A stretch of DNA of 64,000 nt from Desulfurivibrionaceae bacterium. GTDB taxonomy: Bacteria; Desulfobacterota; Desulfobulbia; Desulfobulbales; UBA5123. The stretch lies in contig JAQYVW010000005.1 in the NCBI GenBank assembly GCA_030145325.1, forward strand, positions 24,749-88,748, in the 5' to 3' direction. Below are positions 56,701 through 64,000 of the stretch, one piece after another (positions within the stretch are counted from its first letter, which is position 1; every line of letters begins with the position of its first letter). Made by a program: the position numbers and the translations under genes. The notes under the pieces are model-generated. The model did not search any database. It was not told where the DNA came from and was given only the letters and a program-made list of their open reading frames with translations.

Positions 56701-58108
56701 GGGCATGGTGAAATCCGGGCCTCTCAACGAGGTAAGTATCCTTGATTATTTGTCACCGGATCAGAGAGACCATTTCGCTCAGGAAATTTTCCCCACCGCC
56801 CTGGCGACCGGGGCTTGGCACGGGGAGTTGTCTCTCTTGCCGCCTGGTTCCGGTAAGTTGCTGGTTGTGGAACTGAATTTGTTTGTGGTTGCCGACAACA
56901 TGGATCAAGGCGCCATCGGCATGGCGGTGATCGCTCGGGATCTTACCGAACGTAACGAAAGTGAAAGCAGGTTACGGCAAGCCCAGAAGATGGAGGCCAT
57001 GGGCACTCTGGCCGGAGGGATTGCCCATGATTTTAATAATATTCTTTCAGCAATCCTCGGGTATAGCCAGATTGCCGAGGTTGAGAGCCGCGGCCAGGTT
57101 TCTCTGCATGAAGATATTAAAGAGATTGTTCAGGCCTCTCTTCGTGCCGCTGATTTGGTCAAACAAATCTTGACCTTCAGTCGCAAGGTTGACCATGCTT
57201 TAATCCCCCTCCGGCCACATCTGATCATCAAGGAATCGCTTAAGTTGCTACGGGCTTCATTGCCATCCACCATTGCTATGGAGGTAGATGCTGAAGACTG
57301 TGGCGCAATCCTTGCCGATCCAACCCAACTTCACCAAATCATGATGAATCTTTGCACCAATGCCTTCCATGCGATGGAAAACGAAAAAGGGGTGTTGCGG
57401 GTTTCTTTGGCGCGGCGGATGCTGGCGGCACAAGATATCGATGGCGAGTTTCCTGTCTCGGCTGGTTCTTTTGTGGAGCTTGCGGTCAGTGATTCCGGTT
57501 GTGGCATGGATGCGGAAACCTTGATTCGGATCTTTGAGCCATATTTCACCACCAAGGAGGTGGGAAGCGGTACCGGGCTGGGATTGGCGTTGGTGCACAG
57601 TATCGTTGAGAGTTGCGGTGGTGTGATTAAAGTAAAGAGCGCGCCGGGGGTTGGAACTTTATTTAAGGTGTTTCTTCCTTCATATATCAAAGTTGGAATC
57701 AAGGAGAAGGCGGAGGGGACAGCAAATATCCAGACCGGCAATGAACGCATTCTGGTGGTTGATGACGAAAGCAGTATCGTTGCCCTGTATCAGTCCTCTC
57801 TTGGCAAGTTAGGGTATCGGGTCACCGGCACCACCAGCAGCTTGGAAGCGTTGATGCTGTTTGAAGACAATCCGGAAGCCTTCGACGTGGTGATCACCGA
57901 TCAAACCATGCCGCAGATGACCGGCTTTGAATTGGTTGAGAATATCCGCAACCTTAGGCCAGAGATGCCCATTATCATCTGTACGGGTTACAGTTCGATC
58001 CTCTCAAAAAAGGAAGCTGCGGAACTGGGCGTAGATGTGATTTTAATGAAACCGGTGGAACGAGAAAAATTGGCGCAGGAGATTCGCAACGTGCTGGTGA
58101 AACGGTGA
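53795..58108 (+). CDS. hybrid sensor histidine kinase (periplasmic sensor, HAMP, PAS, GAF, 2x PAS, HisKA, HATPase, REC)
   Basis: Two TM helices flank a ~400-aa extracytoplasmic domain. HAMP (DEVGELAVAFNQMAANL), H-box GGIAHDFNNIL, GSGTGLGLALV, and a C-terminal receiver (ILVVDDE...DVVITDQTMPQMTG). The start is uncertain (GTG at 53747 versus ATG at 53795). Confidence 0.88.
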   Translation: MRVLRRPVNLRIKIFLALFFVGVGSTLLSSWEHYTFLKTTLINKSIDHFISIRDSRKHEIERYFNRMHTATLMLSKGWTIVAAAKDFQKAFVALDHELPPQSTSNPPVSQALRDRYAKVVETAHFSTSQKVFSTVETSLPHDPRSLYLQNLYVTGQDAGQQKNLSANLQTTYEKTHARYHAFFSGYGKDLNVHDLFLIDRASGVVVYSTRKELDFATNILDGAWKDGPLAKVFKSVVAAEGGGVKVTDFEKYCPANHQPAAFVAAPVRDGSTTIAVLVLAISVDEINAAMTDNEKWREQGLGATGETYLVGPDYTMRSDSRFLLESRQQFFAQEKEQQVPAATLAEMQNDNTSILLLKVATESVQRAFKGETGSALIKDYRGVPVLSAFTPLDISGVHWVLLAEIDQDEIFSSVAQLRDRVFFLLVITLVLVNATGAFLAASLAKPISTLIAGVRQLGHGSMADRIDVTSRDEVGELAVAFNQMAANLSLKTVSLDYFSSIINSMNEMLFVLGIDVEKQTTVISEVNQAALEKLGYPKGDFAGNGVENFFLEKDGEKLFSGEKLAELLAIGWSQGREIIFMSRTGEAIPVILSASVMGHPEDVSPAGIVLIAQDITERQKSEQELRRVNRAMQTLIDCNQAVSCAETDDALLQSICNAVVGKSGYQLAWIGFAEDDQLKSVRTAAQSGYDDGYLEHLRVSWADDEWGGGPTGMAIKSGEPQVIRNILTDSRFQPWREQACLRGYQSSLALPLLDPFLGTIGALNIYAPEPDAFDAQEIDLLREVAVAVVNGLNTLRGRREHAQAVAELAQSEERFRGIFEQAAVGIALVATNGNWIMVNQKLCNMVGYTREELLALSFQRITHPEDLEDNLNYKDRMLAGEMQNYALEKRYICKDGHSLWVNLSISLVRDEHGQPKFFISVVEDIGARKQAEAEQEKLVAIIEHSPDFIGIAALDGQLLYLNNSGRTLVGMVKSGPLNEVSILDYLSPDQRDHFAQEIFPTALATGAWHGELSLLPPGSGKLLVVELNLFVVADNMDQGAIGMAVIARDLTERNESESRLRQAQKMEAMGTLAGGIAHDFNNILSAILGYSQIAEVESRGQVSLHEDIKEIVQASLRAADLVKQILTFSRKVDHALIPLRPHLIIKESLKLLRASLPSTIAMEVDAEDCGAILADPTQLHQIMMNLCTNAFHAMENEKGVLRVSLARRMLAAQDIDGEFPVSAGSFVELAVSDSGCGMDAETLIRIFEPYFTTKEVGSGTGLGLALVHSIVESCGGVIKVKSAPGVGTLFKVFLPSYIKVGIKEKAEGTANIQTGNERILVVDDESSIVALYQSSLGKLGYRVTGTTSSLEALMLFEDNPEAFDVVITDQTMPQMTGFELVENIRNLRPEMPIIICTGYSSILSKKEAAELGVDVILMKPVEREKLAQEIRNVLVKR

Positions 58109-58133
58109 CGGGGTTGAGTTGAGATCACCATGG

Positions 58134-59339
58134 TTATTCATGGCGTAAGGCTTCAATGGGGTCCAGTTGTGCTGCTTTGCGGGCCGGGAAGAAGCCGAAG
58201 ATCACCCCCACCGCTGCCGAGAAGAAGAAGGCCAGGATGATGATACCAGGGTTAAGGATGAACGGTACGTTGAGTAGGGCGCTGAGGCCTAGGGAAGAGA
58301 CGATGGCGAGGAGAATCCCCACCACCCCGCCAAAGGAAGAAAGCACCACCGCCTCCACCAGAAACTGGAGCAGCACTTCGCGCTCCAGGGCGCCGATGGC
58401 CAGCCGAATGCCGATCTCGCGGGTGCGCTCGGTTACCGAAACCAGCATGATGTTCATGATCCCGATACCGCCCACCAGCAGGCTCACCGCTGCCACCGCG
58501 CCAAGCAGGCTGGTGAGGATGCGGGTGGTGCCGGTGAGCATCTGGGCAATCTCTTTCATGTCCCGAACCTGAAAATCATCGTTTTCGCCGACGCTGATGT
58601 GGCGGCGTTCCCGCAGCAACAGCTCAATGTCTTTCTGGGCCTTGTTGGTGTCAATACCATCCCGTATCGAGATTTGGATCAGGCTGATATCCTGCTTGCC
58701 GGCAATCCGGCGTTGGAAGGTGCGCAGCGGCACCAGGATGAGGTCATCTTGGTCGCGGCCCATGGTGGATTGGCCCTTGGCTGCCAGCAGGCCGATAACC
58801 TGGCAAGACATTTTGCCCAGCCGGATTTTGCTGCCCAAGGGCGATTGGCCTCCGAACAATTCTTTCCGCACCGTTGCCCCCAGCACGCAGACCGCTTGTC
58901 CCGCCCGCAGTTCACCGTCGCTGAACATCCGCCCTTCCTCAATGGTCCAGTTGCGCACCGTAAAGTAGCGGTTGTCCACCCCGTTGGCACTGGTGGACCA
59001 GTTGGCGTTGCCGAAGATGGTGGTAACGGACTGGGAGGCTGAGGGGGCCACCGCCGCCACCGCCGGGATTTCGCGGGCAATGGCGGTGACATCCTCTTGT
59101 CTAAAGGGCGAAGCCGCGCCCCGCTGGCCCATGCCCAAGTGCTGGCCGGGGCGGACGATGAGGAGATTGGTGCCGAGACTGGCGATCTGTTGGGTGACTT
59201 GGGCGGTGGCGCCGCCGCCGATGGTGACCATGGTGATTACTGCCGCCACGCCGATGACGATGCCGAGGATGGTGAGAAAGGAGCGCAGAACGTTGCGGCG
59301 GATCTCACGCAGAGCGAGGAGAAAGGCATTCCAGAGCAT
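58134..59339 (-). CDS. MacB-type ABC transporter permease (FtsX family with periplasmic core domain)
   Basis: N-terminal TM, ~230-aa periplasmic domain, three C-terminal TM helices. Operon context. Confidence 0.88.
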   Translation of the reverse strand: MLWNAFLLALREIRRNVLRSFLTILGIVIGVAAVITMVTIGGGATAQVTQQIASLGTNLLIVRPGQHLGMGQRGAASPFRQEDVTAIAREIPAVAAVAPSASQSVTTIFGNANWSTSANGVDNRYFTVRNWTIEEGRMFSDGELRAGQAVCVLGATVRKELFGGQSPLGSKIRLGKMSCQVIGLLAAKGQSTMGRDQDDLILVPLRTFQRRIAGKQDISLIQISIRDGIDTNKAQKDIELLLRERRHISVGENDDFQVRDMKEIAQMLTGTTRILTSLLGAVAAVSLLVGGIGIMNIMLVSVTERTREIGIRLAIGALEREVLLQFLVEAVVLSSFGGVVGILLAIVSSLGLSALLNVPFILNPGIIILAFFFSAAVGVIFGFFPARKAAQLDPIEALRHE

Positions 59340-60055
59340 CAGCTTTCTCCTCCTGCCGGTTCATCGGTGGCAACCAGGCCATCGACGAAACAGACCGTCC
59401 GTTTGGCGTATTTTGCCATGTCGGGTTCATGGGTGACAATCATGATGGTGATGCCATGCTCGCGGTTCAGGCTGGCGAGGAGTTCCATGATTTCCTTGCT
59501 GCGAGCGGTGTCAAGATTGCCGGTGGGCTCGTCGGCAAAGAGCACCGCCGGTTCAGTGACAATGGCCCGAGCAATGGCCACCCGCTGCTGCTGACCACCG
59601 GAGAGCTCGCCGGGAGTGTGGTGTTCCCGGTCGGATAGGCCCACTGCAGCCAAGGCTTGGCGGGCGGCGGCGCGGCGTTGGGCGGCAGGCAGGCCGCGAT
59701 AGATCAGGGGCAGTTCGACGTTTTCCAGGGCCGAGGTGCGGTTGAGCAGGTTATAGCCTTGGAAGACAAAACCCAGGTAATGGCGGCGGAGCATGGCGCG
59801 TTGGTTGCGGCTGAGTTCTTCCACCGCCACCCCTCGGAACTGGTAACCGCCACGGGTGGGGGTGTCCAGGCAGCCGAGGATGTTCATGCAGGTGGATTTG
59901 CCGGAGCCGCTGGGGCCCATCACGGCGACGAATTCGCCCTGGCCGATCTCGAGGTCGATGCCGCGAAGGGCGGCCATGGCTGCCTGGCCGTGGCCGTAGA
60001 CCTTGGTCACCCCCTTGAGGCAGATGAGAGGGGGGGGGAGTGGGGCAGGGTTCAT
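59339..60055 (-). CDS. ABC transporter ATP-binding protein (MacB/LolD-like)
   Basis: Walker A GPSGSGKST, signature LSGGQQQR, Walker B LFADEPTGNLD. Confidence 0.92.
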   Translation of the reverse strand: MNPAPLPPPLICLKGVTKVYGHGQAAMAALRGIDLEIGQGEFVAVMGPSGSGKSTCMNILGCLDTPTRGGYQFRGVAVEELSRNQRAMLRRHYLGFVFQGYNLLNRTSALENVELPLIYRGLPAAQRRAAARQALAAVGLSDREHHTPGELSGGQQQRVAIARAIVTEPAVLFADEPTGNLDTARSKEIMELLASLNREHGITIMIVTHEPDMAKYAKRTVCFVDGLVATDEPAGGES

Positions 60056-61347
60056 TTTGTGCCGCTCTCCATGTCGACGATCAGTTCCATCCCTTCGCTC
60101 ACCTCATCGCCGCTCACCGCCGTCATGATTCCGTCGCTGGCGCCGGTGGTGACAGTAATGGCCACCGGTTTGTTGTCCCGCACGGTCCAGACCTGCTGTT
60201 GCCGAGCCATTTTTTTGCTCGGTTTTTGTTGTTTGCCCTTGCGGTGTGAACGGCGGGGGAAGAGTTTGCTGAGCAGGCTACCGCCGCGTTTGGTGGTGGC
60301 GGTTTTTTGGGGCGGCGGGGTGAAACGCAGGGCGCCATTGGCGACCATGAGCACCTGTCCCTGCCGATCCACAGTGATGTCGGCGGTGGCGGTCATCCCC
60401 GGGCGTAGGGTGAGATCCTTGTTGTCCACCGTCAGCACGGTTTCATAAGTTACCACCCCGTCAACCACCTGGGCACCGTAGCGAACCTGGGTAATGCGGG
60501 CCGGGAAGGTGCGGTCGGGATAGGCGTCAACGGTAAAGGTTGCGGTTTGTCCTTTTTTGATCTGCCCCACGTCAGCCTCGTCCACGGCAACGTGCAGTTC
60601 CATCTGGCCGAGATCTTCAGCCAGGGTGAAGAGCACCGGCGCTTGGAGGGAGGCGGCCACGGTCTGGCCCGGCTCCACCGAGCGGACAAGAACGATGCCG
60701 TTGATGGGCGAGTAGATCACCGATTTGGCGAGATCTGTTTCCTTGGCGTCAAGGGCAGCGCCACTCTCTGCCACCGCGGCTTTGGCAGCGGCAAGATCCG
60801 CCTTGGCGCGTTGCCAGGCCGCATGGGCAGAATCCAGATCATGCTGGGAGGAAAGCTTGCCGTTGCTCAGATCCTGCGCACGGTGCAAGCGGTCACGTTC
60901 ATTGGTCGTCTCGGTAACCGTGGCCTCTGTTTGTGCTACCCTGGCTTTGGCCGAGTCAAGGGCGGCCTTGGCCTGTACCACCTGGGCATGAAGTTTCGCG
61001 GTATCGAGACTGGCCAGAACCTGGCCCATCTTGACCCGGTCGTTATAGTCGACGTCCACGGTGCGGATGATGCCGGAGAGTTCGCTGCCAACCTCCACCT
61101 GATTGGTGGGCTCCAGGGTGCCGGTGGCGGTGACCGTGACCACCAGATCGCCTTTTCTCGCCGGCTGGGTATGGTAGCGCACGTTCTCGGCTGGATCTTG
61201 CCGTCGCAAAAATAGGCTGACGATGATGATGAGCAGGATGACAACTCCCCATGGCACCCAGCGTTTAAAATGGTTCGGCGGTTCGGTGAATTGGCCGATT
61301 CCCAGGGTCTTGTTTAGTTCCTCGGAGTTGGTGGTGGTCTCGGACAT
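60052..61347 (-). CDS. efflux periplasmic adaptor (membrane fusion protein, MacA/HlyD family)
   Basis: N-terminal TM, coiled-coil hairpin, barrel domains. Overlaps the ATPase gene by 4 nt. Confidence 0.88.
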   Translation of the reverse strand: MSETTTNSEELNKTLGIGQFTEPPNHFKRWVPWGVVILLIIIVSLFLRRQDPAENVRYHTQPARKGDLVVTVTATGTLEPTNQVEVGSELSGIIRTVDVDYNDRVKMGQVLASLDTAKLHAQVVQAKAALDSAKARVAQTEATVTETTNERDRLHRAQDLSNGKLSSQHDLDSAHAAWQRAKADLAAAKAAVAESGAALDAKETDLAKSVIYSPINGIVLVRSVEPGQTVAASLQAPVLFTLAEDLGQMELHVAVDEADVGQIKKGQTATFTVDAYPDRTFPARITQVRYGAQVVDGVVTYETVLTVDNKDLTLRPGMTATADITVDRQGQVLMVANGALRFTPPPQKTATTKRGGSLLSKLFPRRSHRKGKQQKPSKKMARQQQVWTVRDNKPVAITVTTGASDGIMTAVSGDEVSEGMELIVDMESGTK

Positions 61348-61353
61348 GGTGGG

Positions 61354-62832
61354 TTAATCCTGTTTGCTGTTCTTGTTTGTTGTGGCCAAGGAGGTCCAGC
61401 CTCCGCCTAATGCTTTGTAGAGGCTGATTAAATTGGTGGCAATGGCGGCATGGCTTCCGGCCAGTTGATTTTGGAGGGAGAGCCACGTGCGTTGGCTGTC
61501 GAGAACGGTGAAAAAATTCACCAACCCGACCTTATACTGCTGCTCTGCAAGTTGTAGTGATTTTTGTGCTGAGGCGGTGGCCAAGGTCAAGGATTGGCAG
61601 CGTTGTTGTTCGTTGGCATAGGCGGTGATGGCGTTTTCCACCTCTGCCAGGGCGGAGAGGATCGTACCTTCGTATTTGCCCAAAGCTTGTTCTTGACGGG
61701 CATTCTGCACTTCAATGTTTTGGCGGATGGCTCCGAAGTCAAAGATTGACCAGCTTATCCCAGCCTGGGCTGAGGAAGAACGGGCGGAACTATTGAAGAG
61801 TCTTGCCGGGGTAAAGGCGTCAAGGCCAATGGAGCCGGAGAGGGAAAAGTTTGGGTAGAGGGCGGCGGTGGCCTGACCTATGCGGGCGGTCTGGGCGGCA
61901 AGTTCTCGTTCGGCGCGGCGAACGTCGGGGCGGTGACGCAAAACCTCCGCCGGGACGCCAACCACGATGTGTTCGGGTGGGGTGGGGATGGGGCAGGTTT
62001 TTCCCAACTCAGCGCCCAAGGAGCCGGGGGGGGCGCCCAGTAATACTGCCAGCCTGTTCTTGGTCTGGTGGAGATTGGTCTCCAGGCTGGGCAGTTGGGC
62101 GCGGGCCTGTTCGAGACTGGTGATGGCCTGTTCCATCTCTTGTTGGGCGGCCAGGCCGGTGGTTACGCGTTGGAGGGTGAGAGCTGCGCTTTCTTCCCTG
62201 GCGGCGATATCTTTTTGGGCGATATTGAGCTTGGTTTGATCACTGCGGAGTTCAACATAGTTGCGGGCCACCTCGGCCAGCAGACTCACCAGCACGTCGT
62301 GGAGATCCTCGCCGCTGGCGGCAAGATCTGCCTGGGTAGCTTCCTCAGTGCGGCGCTTGCCACCAAAGAGATCCAGTTCCCAGCCAGCGTCAAAACTTGC
62401 CGAGTACAGCTCGCGGGTGGCGTTGGAACCGGTTTCTTTGCTGCTTTGGCTTTTGCTGGTTTTACCATTGGCGGTGAGGGTGGGGAAGCGTCTGGCATGG
62501 CTGATCCCCCGGCGGGCTCGGGATTCGCGAACTCGTGCTTGGGCTTGCCGCAGATCGGTGTTGTCGGCTGTAGCCTGCGCAATCAGTCTGGTCAACACCG
62601 GGTCGTTAAAGAGTGTCCACCAGTGGGCCAATTCATCGGCGGAGGTGGAAGCGATGGTGATCCCCTTTTGGCCCATGGTGCTGTGCCAGGAATCCGGTGA
62701 GCTAGCCTTGGGTGGTGTGTAGTTCGGTCCCACAGTCATGCAGCTTGGGAGCAGGATGAGCAGGATGCTCCCGAGCATCAGTTTTGTTATGAAAGAATGT
62801 CGGCAGTTGCGGTGGCAAGGTGTTGACGGCAT
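61354..62832 (-). CDS. outer-membrane efflux lipoprotein (NodT/TolC family)
   Basis: Lipobox LLPSC. Duplicated TolC-like repeats. First gene of the efflux operon. Confidence 0.88.
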   Translation of the reverse strand: MPSTPCHRNCRHSFITKLMLGSILLILLPSCMTVGPNYTPPKASSPDSWHSTMGQKGITIASTSADELAHWWTLFNDPVLTRLIAQATADNTDLRQAQARVRESRARRGISHARRFPTLTANGKTSKSQSSKETGSNATRELYSASFDAGWELDLFGGKRRTEEATQADLAASGEDLHDVLVSLLAEVARNYVELRSDQTKLNIAQKDIAAREESAALTLQRVTTGLAAQQEMEQAITSLEQARAQLPSLETNLHQTKNRLAVLLGAPPGSLGAELGKTCPIPTPPEHIVVGVPAEVLRHRPDVRRAERELAAQTARIGQATAALYPNFSLSGSIGLDAFTPARLFNSSARSSSAQAGISWSIFDFGAIRQNIEVQNARQEQALGKYEGTILSALAEVENAITAYANEQQRCQSLTLATASAQKSLQLAEQQYKVGLVNFFTVLDSQRTWLSLQNQLAGSHAAIATNLISLYKALGGGWTSLATTNKNSKQD

Positions 62833-62847
62833 GGTCGTGCGCTCCGT

Positions 62848-62863
62848 TCAAACGATCGTTTGA
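62848..62863. promoter_or_regulatory. 16-bp perfect palindrome just upstream of the efflux operon RBS (candidate operator)
   Basis: TCAAACGATCGTTTGA lies 16 nt upstream of the ATG at 62832. Confidence 0.3.
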
Positions 62864-63360
62864 TTTTCTAAGATATTAATCCTTAGTTTATTCGTTTGTA
62901 CAGTTAATTGATTGTGCAAGGGCAGTAATAATATTTGCAACCGCTTTCTCGGTTTGATTTTCTTGAAATCCTCGTTGTACTTCCTTTTAATTAAGTGTTG
63001 TTCTGCGTTCAGGTAGAAGGGGAAAAATGCTCTCCGTCAGCAGTAACAAATTCTGCTGGCTTGCTTAATGTTACTTAATTTTGTCCGAGGATAAAAGATG
63101 TAGATAACGGAGCAGGTAGGCAAGGTGATTGTGGAAAATGTCGAAAGTGAACAGACCTAATGAGGTGTACGACTATCTGGTTTAACGGGACGGGTTGGTG
63201 GTCGGCTGTTATCCGCCTAGGATAAGGGTGTTGCGAACAAAAATGGGGGGGAATAGGAGATGGGGAGGATTGTCACCTTGCCGGTTCGTGATGTTTTGGA
63301 GCAGGAGCAGGGTGCCTTTGCTATGGGTGGTCATTCATTACGGCTTCCAGACAGATTCGC

Positions 63361-63552
63361 TCAAGATTTTTTGGCGCTGAATAGTTGGCATTCCAGACCT
63401 GAATTCATCTGCACTGCCACCGACGGCATCTGTAGGGATCTGAAGCCCATGGCTCGGCAACCGTATGGCCGGTTCGCTTGATGGGTAATGTAGAAATGGC
63501 GGCAGCCTAAGCAGTTAAGACGTTGTTTTTTTTGTTGCTGCTGGTGGCTCAT
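63361..63552 (-). CDS. hypothetical small Cys-containing protein (63 aa)
   Basis: ORF starts 3 nt downstream of the preceding gene. C..C.HF...GC..MGF pattern. Function unknown. Confidence 0.45.
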   Translation of the reverse strand: MSHQQQQKKQRLNCLGCRHFYITHQANRPYGCRAMGFRSLQMPSVAVQMNSGLECQLFSAKKS

Positions 63553-63554
63553 TT

Positions 63555-64000
63555 TTAACTTCCTTGGTTCATCGCCAGGGTTAATTGTAACCCTTCAAGC
63601 AAGACAAATCGGCCAAGGGGGACGACTTCGCAGGGTAGACTGGCCACGAACAGCGGATTGTCGCAAAGGCCGCCGGATAGATATATTTTCTTGGGCGAGT
63701 TGGCGAAGCGGTAAGCGTTAATGGCGATTCCCTTTACGAAACGGGACACTGCCTCTGCCACCGGTACCCCGGAGATCACGGCATCAAAGATGTGGCTCAT
63801 CCCCAGTACCCCGCAGGTAACGGAAAAGGTGGTGGCTGGAACGTTGAGGGTGGTGAAGTCAAGGTCGTAATACTTCTCCAGTAACTCGATGGTAAAGCCC
63901 ATGGAGGCACCACATTCGGCGTTCCAGCCCATGTCTTTGAGCTTGCCATCGGCATATTGGACAAACTTTATATCACGGCTGCCACAATCGAGAAGGAGAA
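63555..64000 (-). CDS. BcrAD/BadFG-family (acyl-CoA dehydratase activase-like) ATPase, 5'-partial at window end
   Basis: The frame stays open upstream of the listed Met to the window edge (LLLDCGSRDIKFV...WNAECGASMGF). This resembles the DIGGQDSK / MNDKCAAGTG motifs of that family. Confidence 0.55.
   Translation of the reverse strand, partial: LLLDCGSRDIKFVQYADGKLKDMGWNAECGASMGFTIELLEKYYDLDFTTLNVPATTFSVTCGVLGMSHIFDAVISGVPVAEAVSRFVKGIAINAYRFANSPKKIYLSGGLCDNPLFVASLPCEVVPLGRFVLLEGLQLTLAMNQGS

Noticed and set aside
63195-63481. 61-aa and 73-aa plus-strand ORFs upstream of the efflux operon
   Set aside because: They are short, overlapping, without RBS, and partly antisense to the 63361..63552 gene.

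Overview
This is a chromosomal segment that looks Desulfobacterota/deltaproteobacterial. That placement is an inference from gene content only: tetraheme cytochrome c3, system II cytochrome c biogenesis, and an FmdB zinc-ribbon protein with a Ser/Gly/Cys tail. About 17.8-63 kb is ordinary housekeeping. It holds queA, ispG, proS, a RelA-like RSH, rpmB, resB/ccsA, tkt, leuS plus an lptE-like gene, dnaB, rplI-rpsR-rpsF, mazG, glnS, gltX, era, an RNase II/R family enzyme and pyrE. It also holds a large hybrid sensor kinase and a MacAB-type tripartite efflux operon. The accessory part is at 2.3-17.6 kb. Downstream of tRNA-Leu(UAA) lie a palindromic MITE-like repeat and a 1.9-kb AT-rich element. That element carries two tandem tyrosine-recombinase genes, bounded by 14-bp terminal inverted repeats and a TAGGGAG duplication. 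Next comes a GC-rich 1223-aa SF1-helicase/PLD-nuclease fusion with type II Mokosh-like architecture. The most interesting locus (11.4-13.4 kb) follows, bracketed by two more copies of the same repeat. It begins with a short gene that the six-frame track misses, because it has three in-frame TGA codons. Each TGA sits in a Gly-Ser-Gly-TGA context and is followed by a SECIS-like hairpin. An intrinsic attenuator comes next, then a radical SAM/SPASM enzyme with a ~200-aa N-terminal extension. I read this as a multi-selenocysteine RiPP precursor plus maturase, resembling the bioinformatically predicted 'selenobiotic' class. No Sec machinery lies in this window, so the recoding call is not confirmed.
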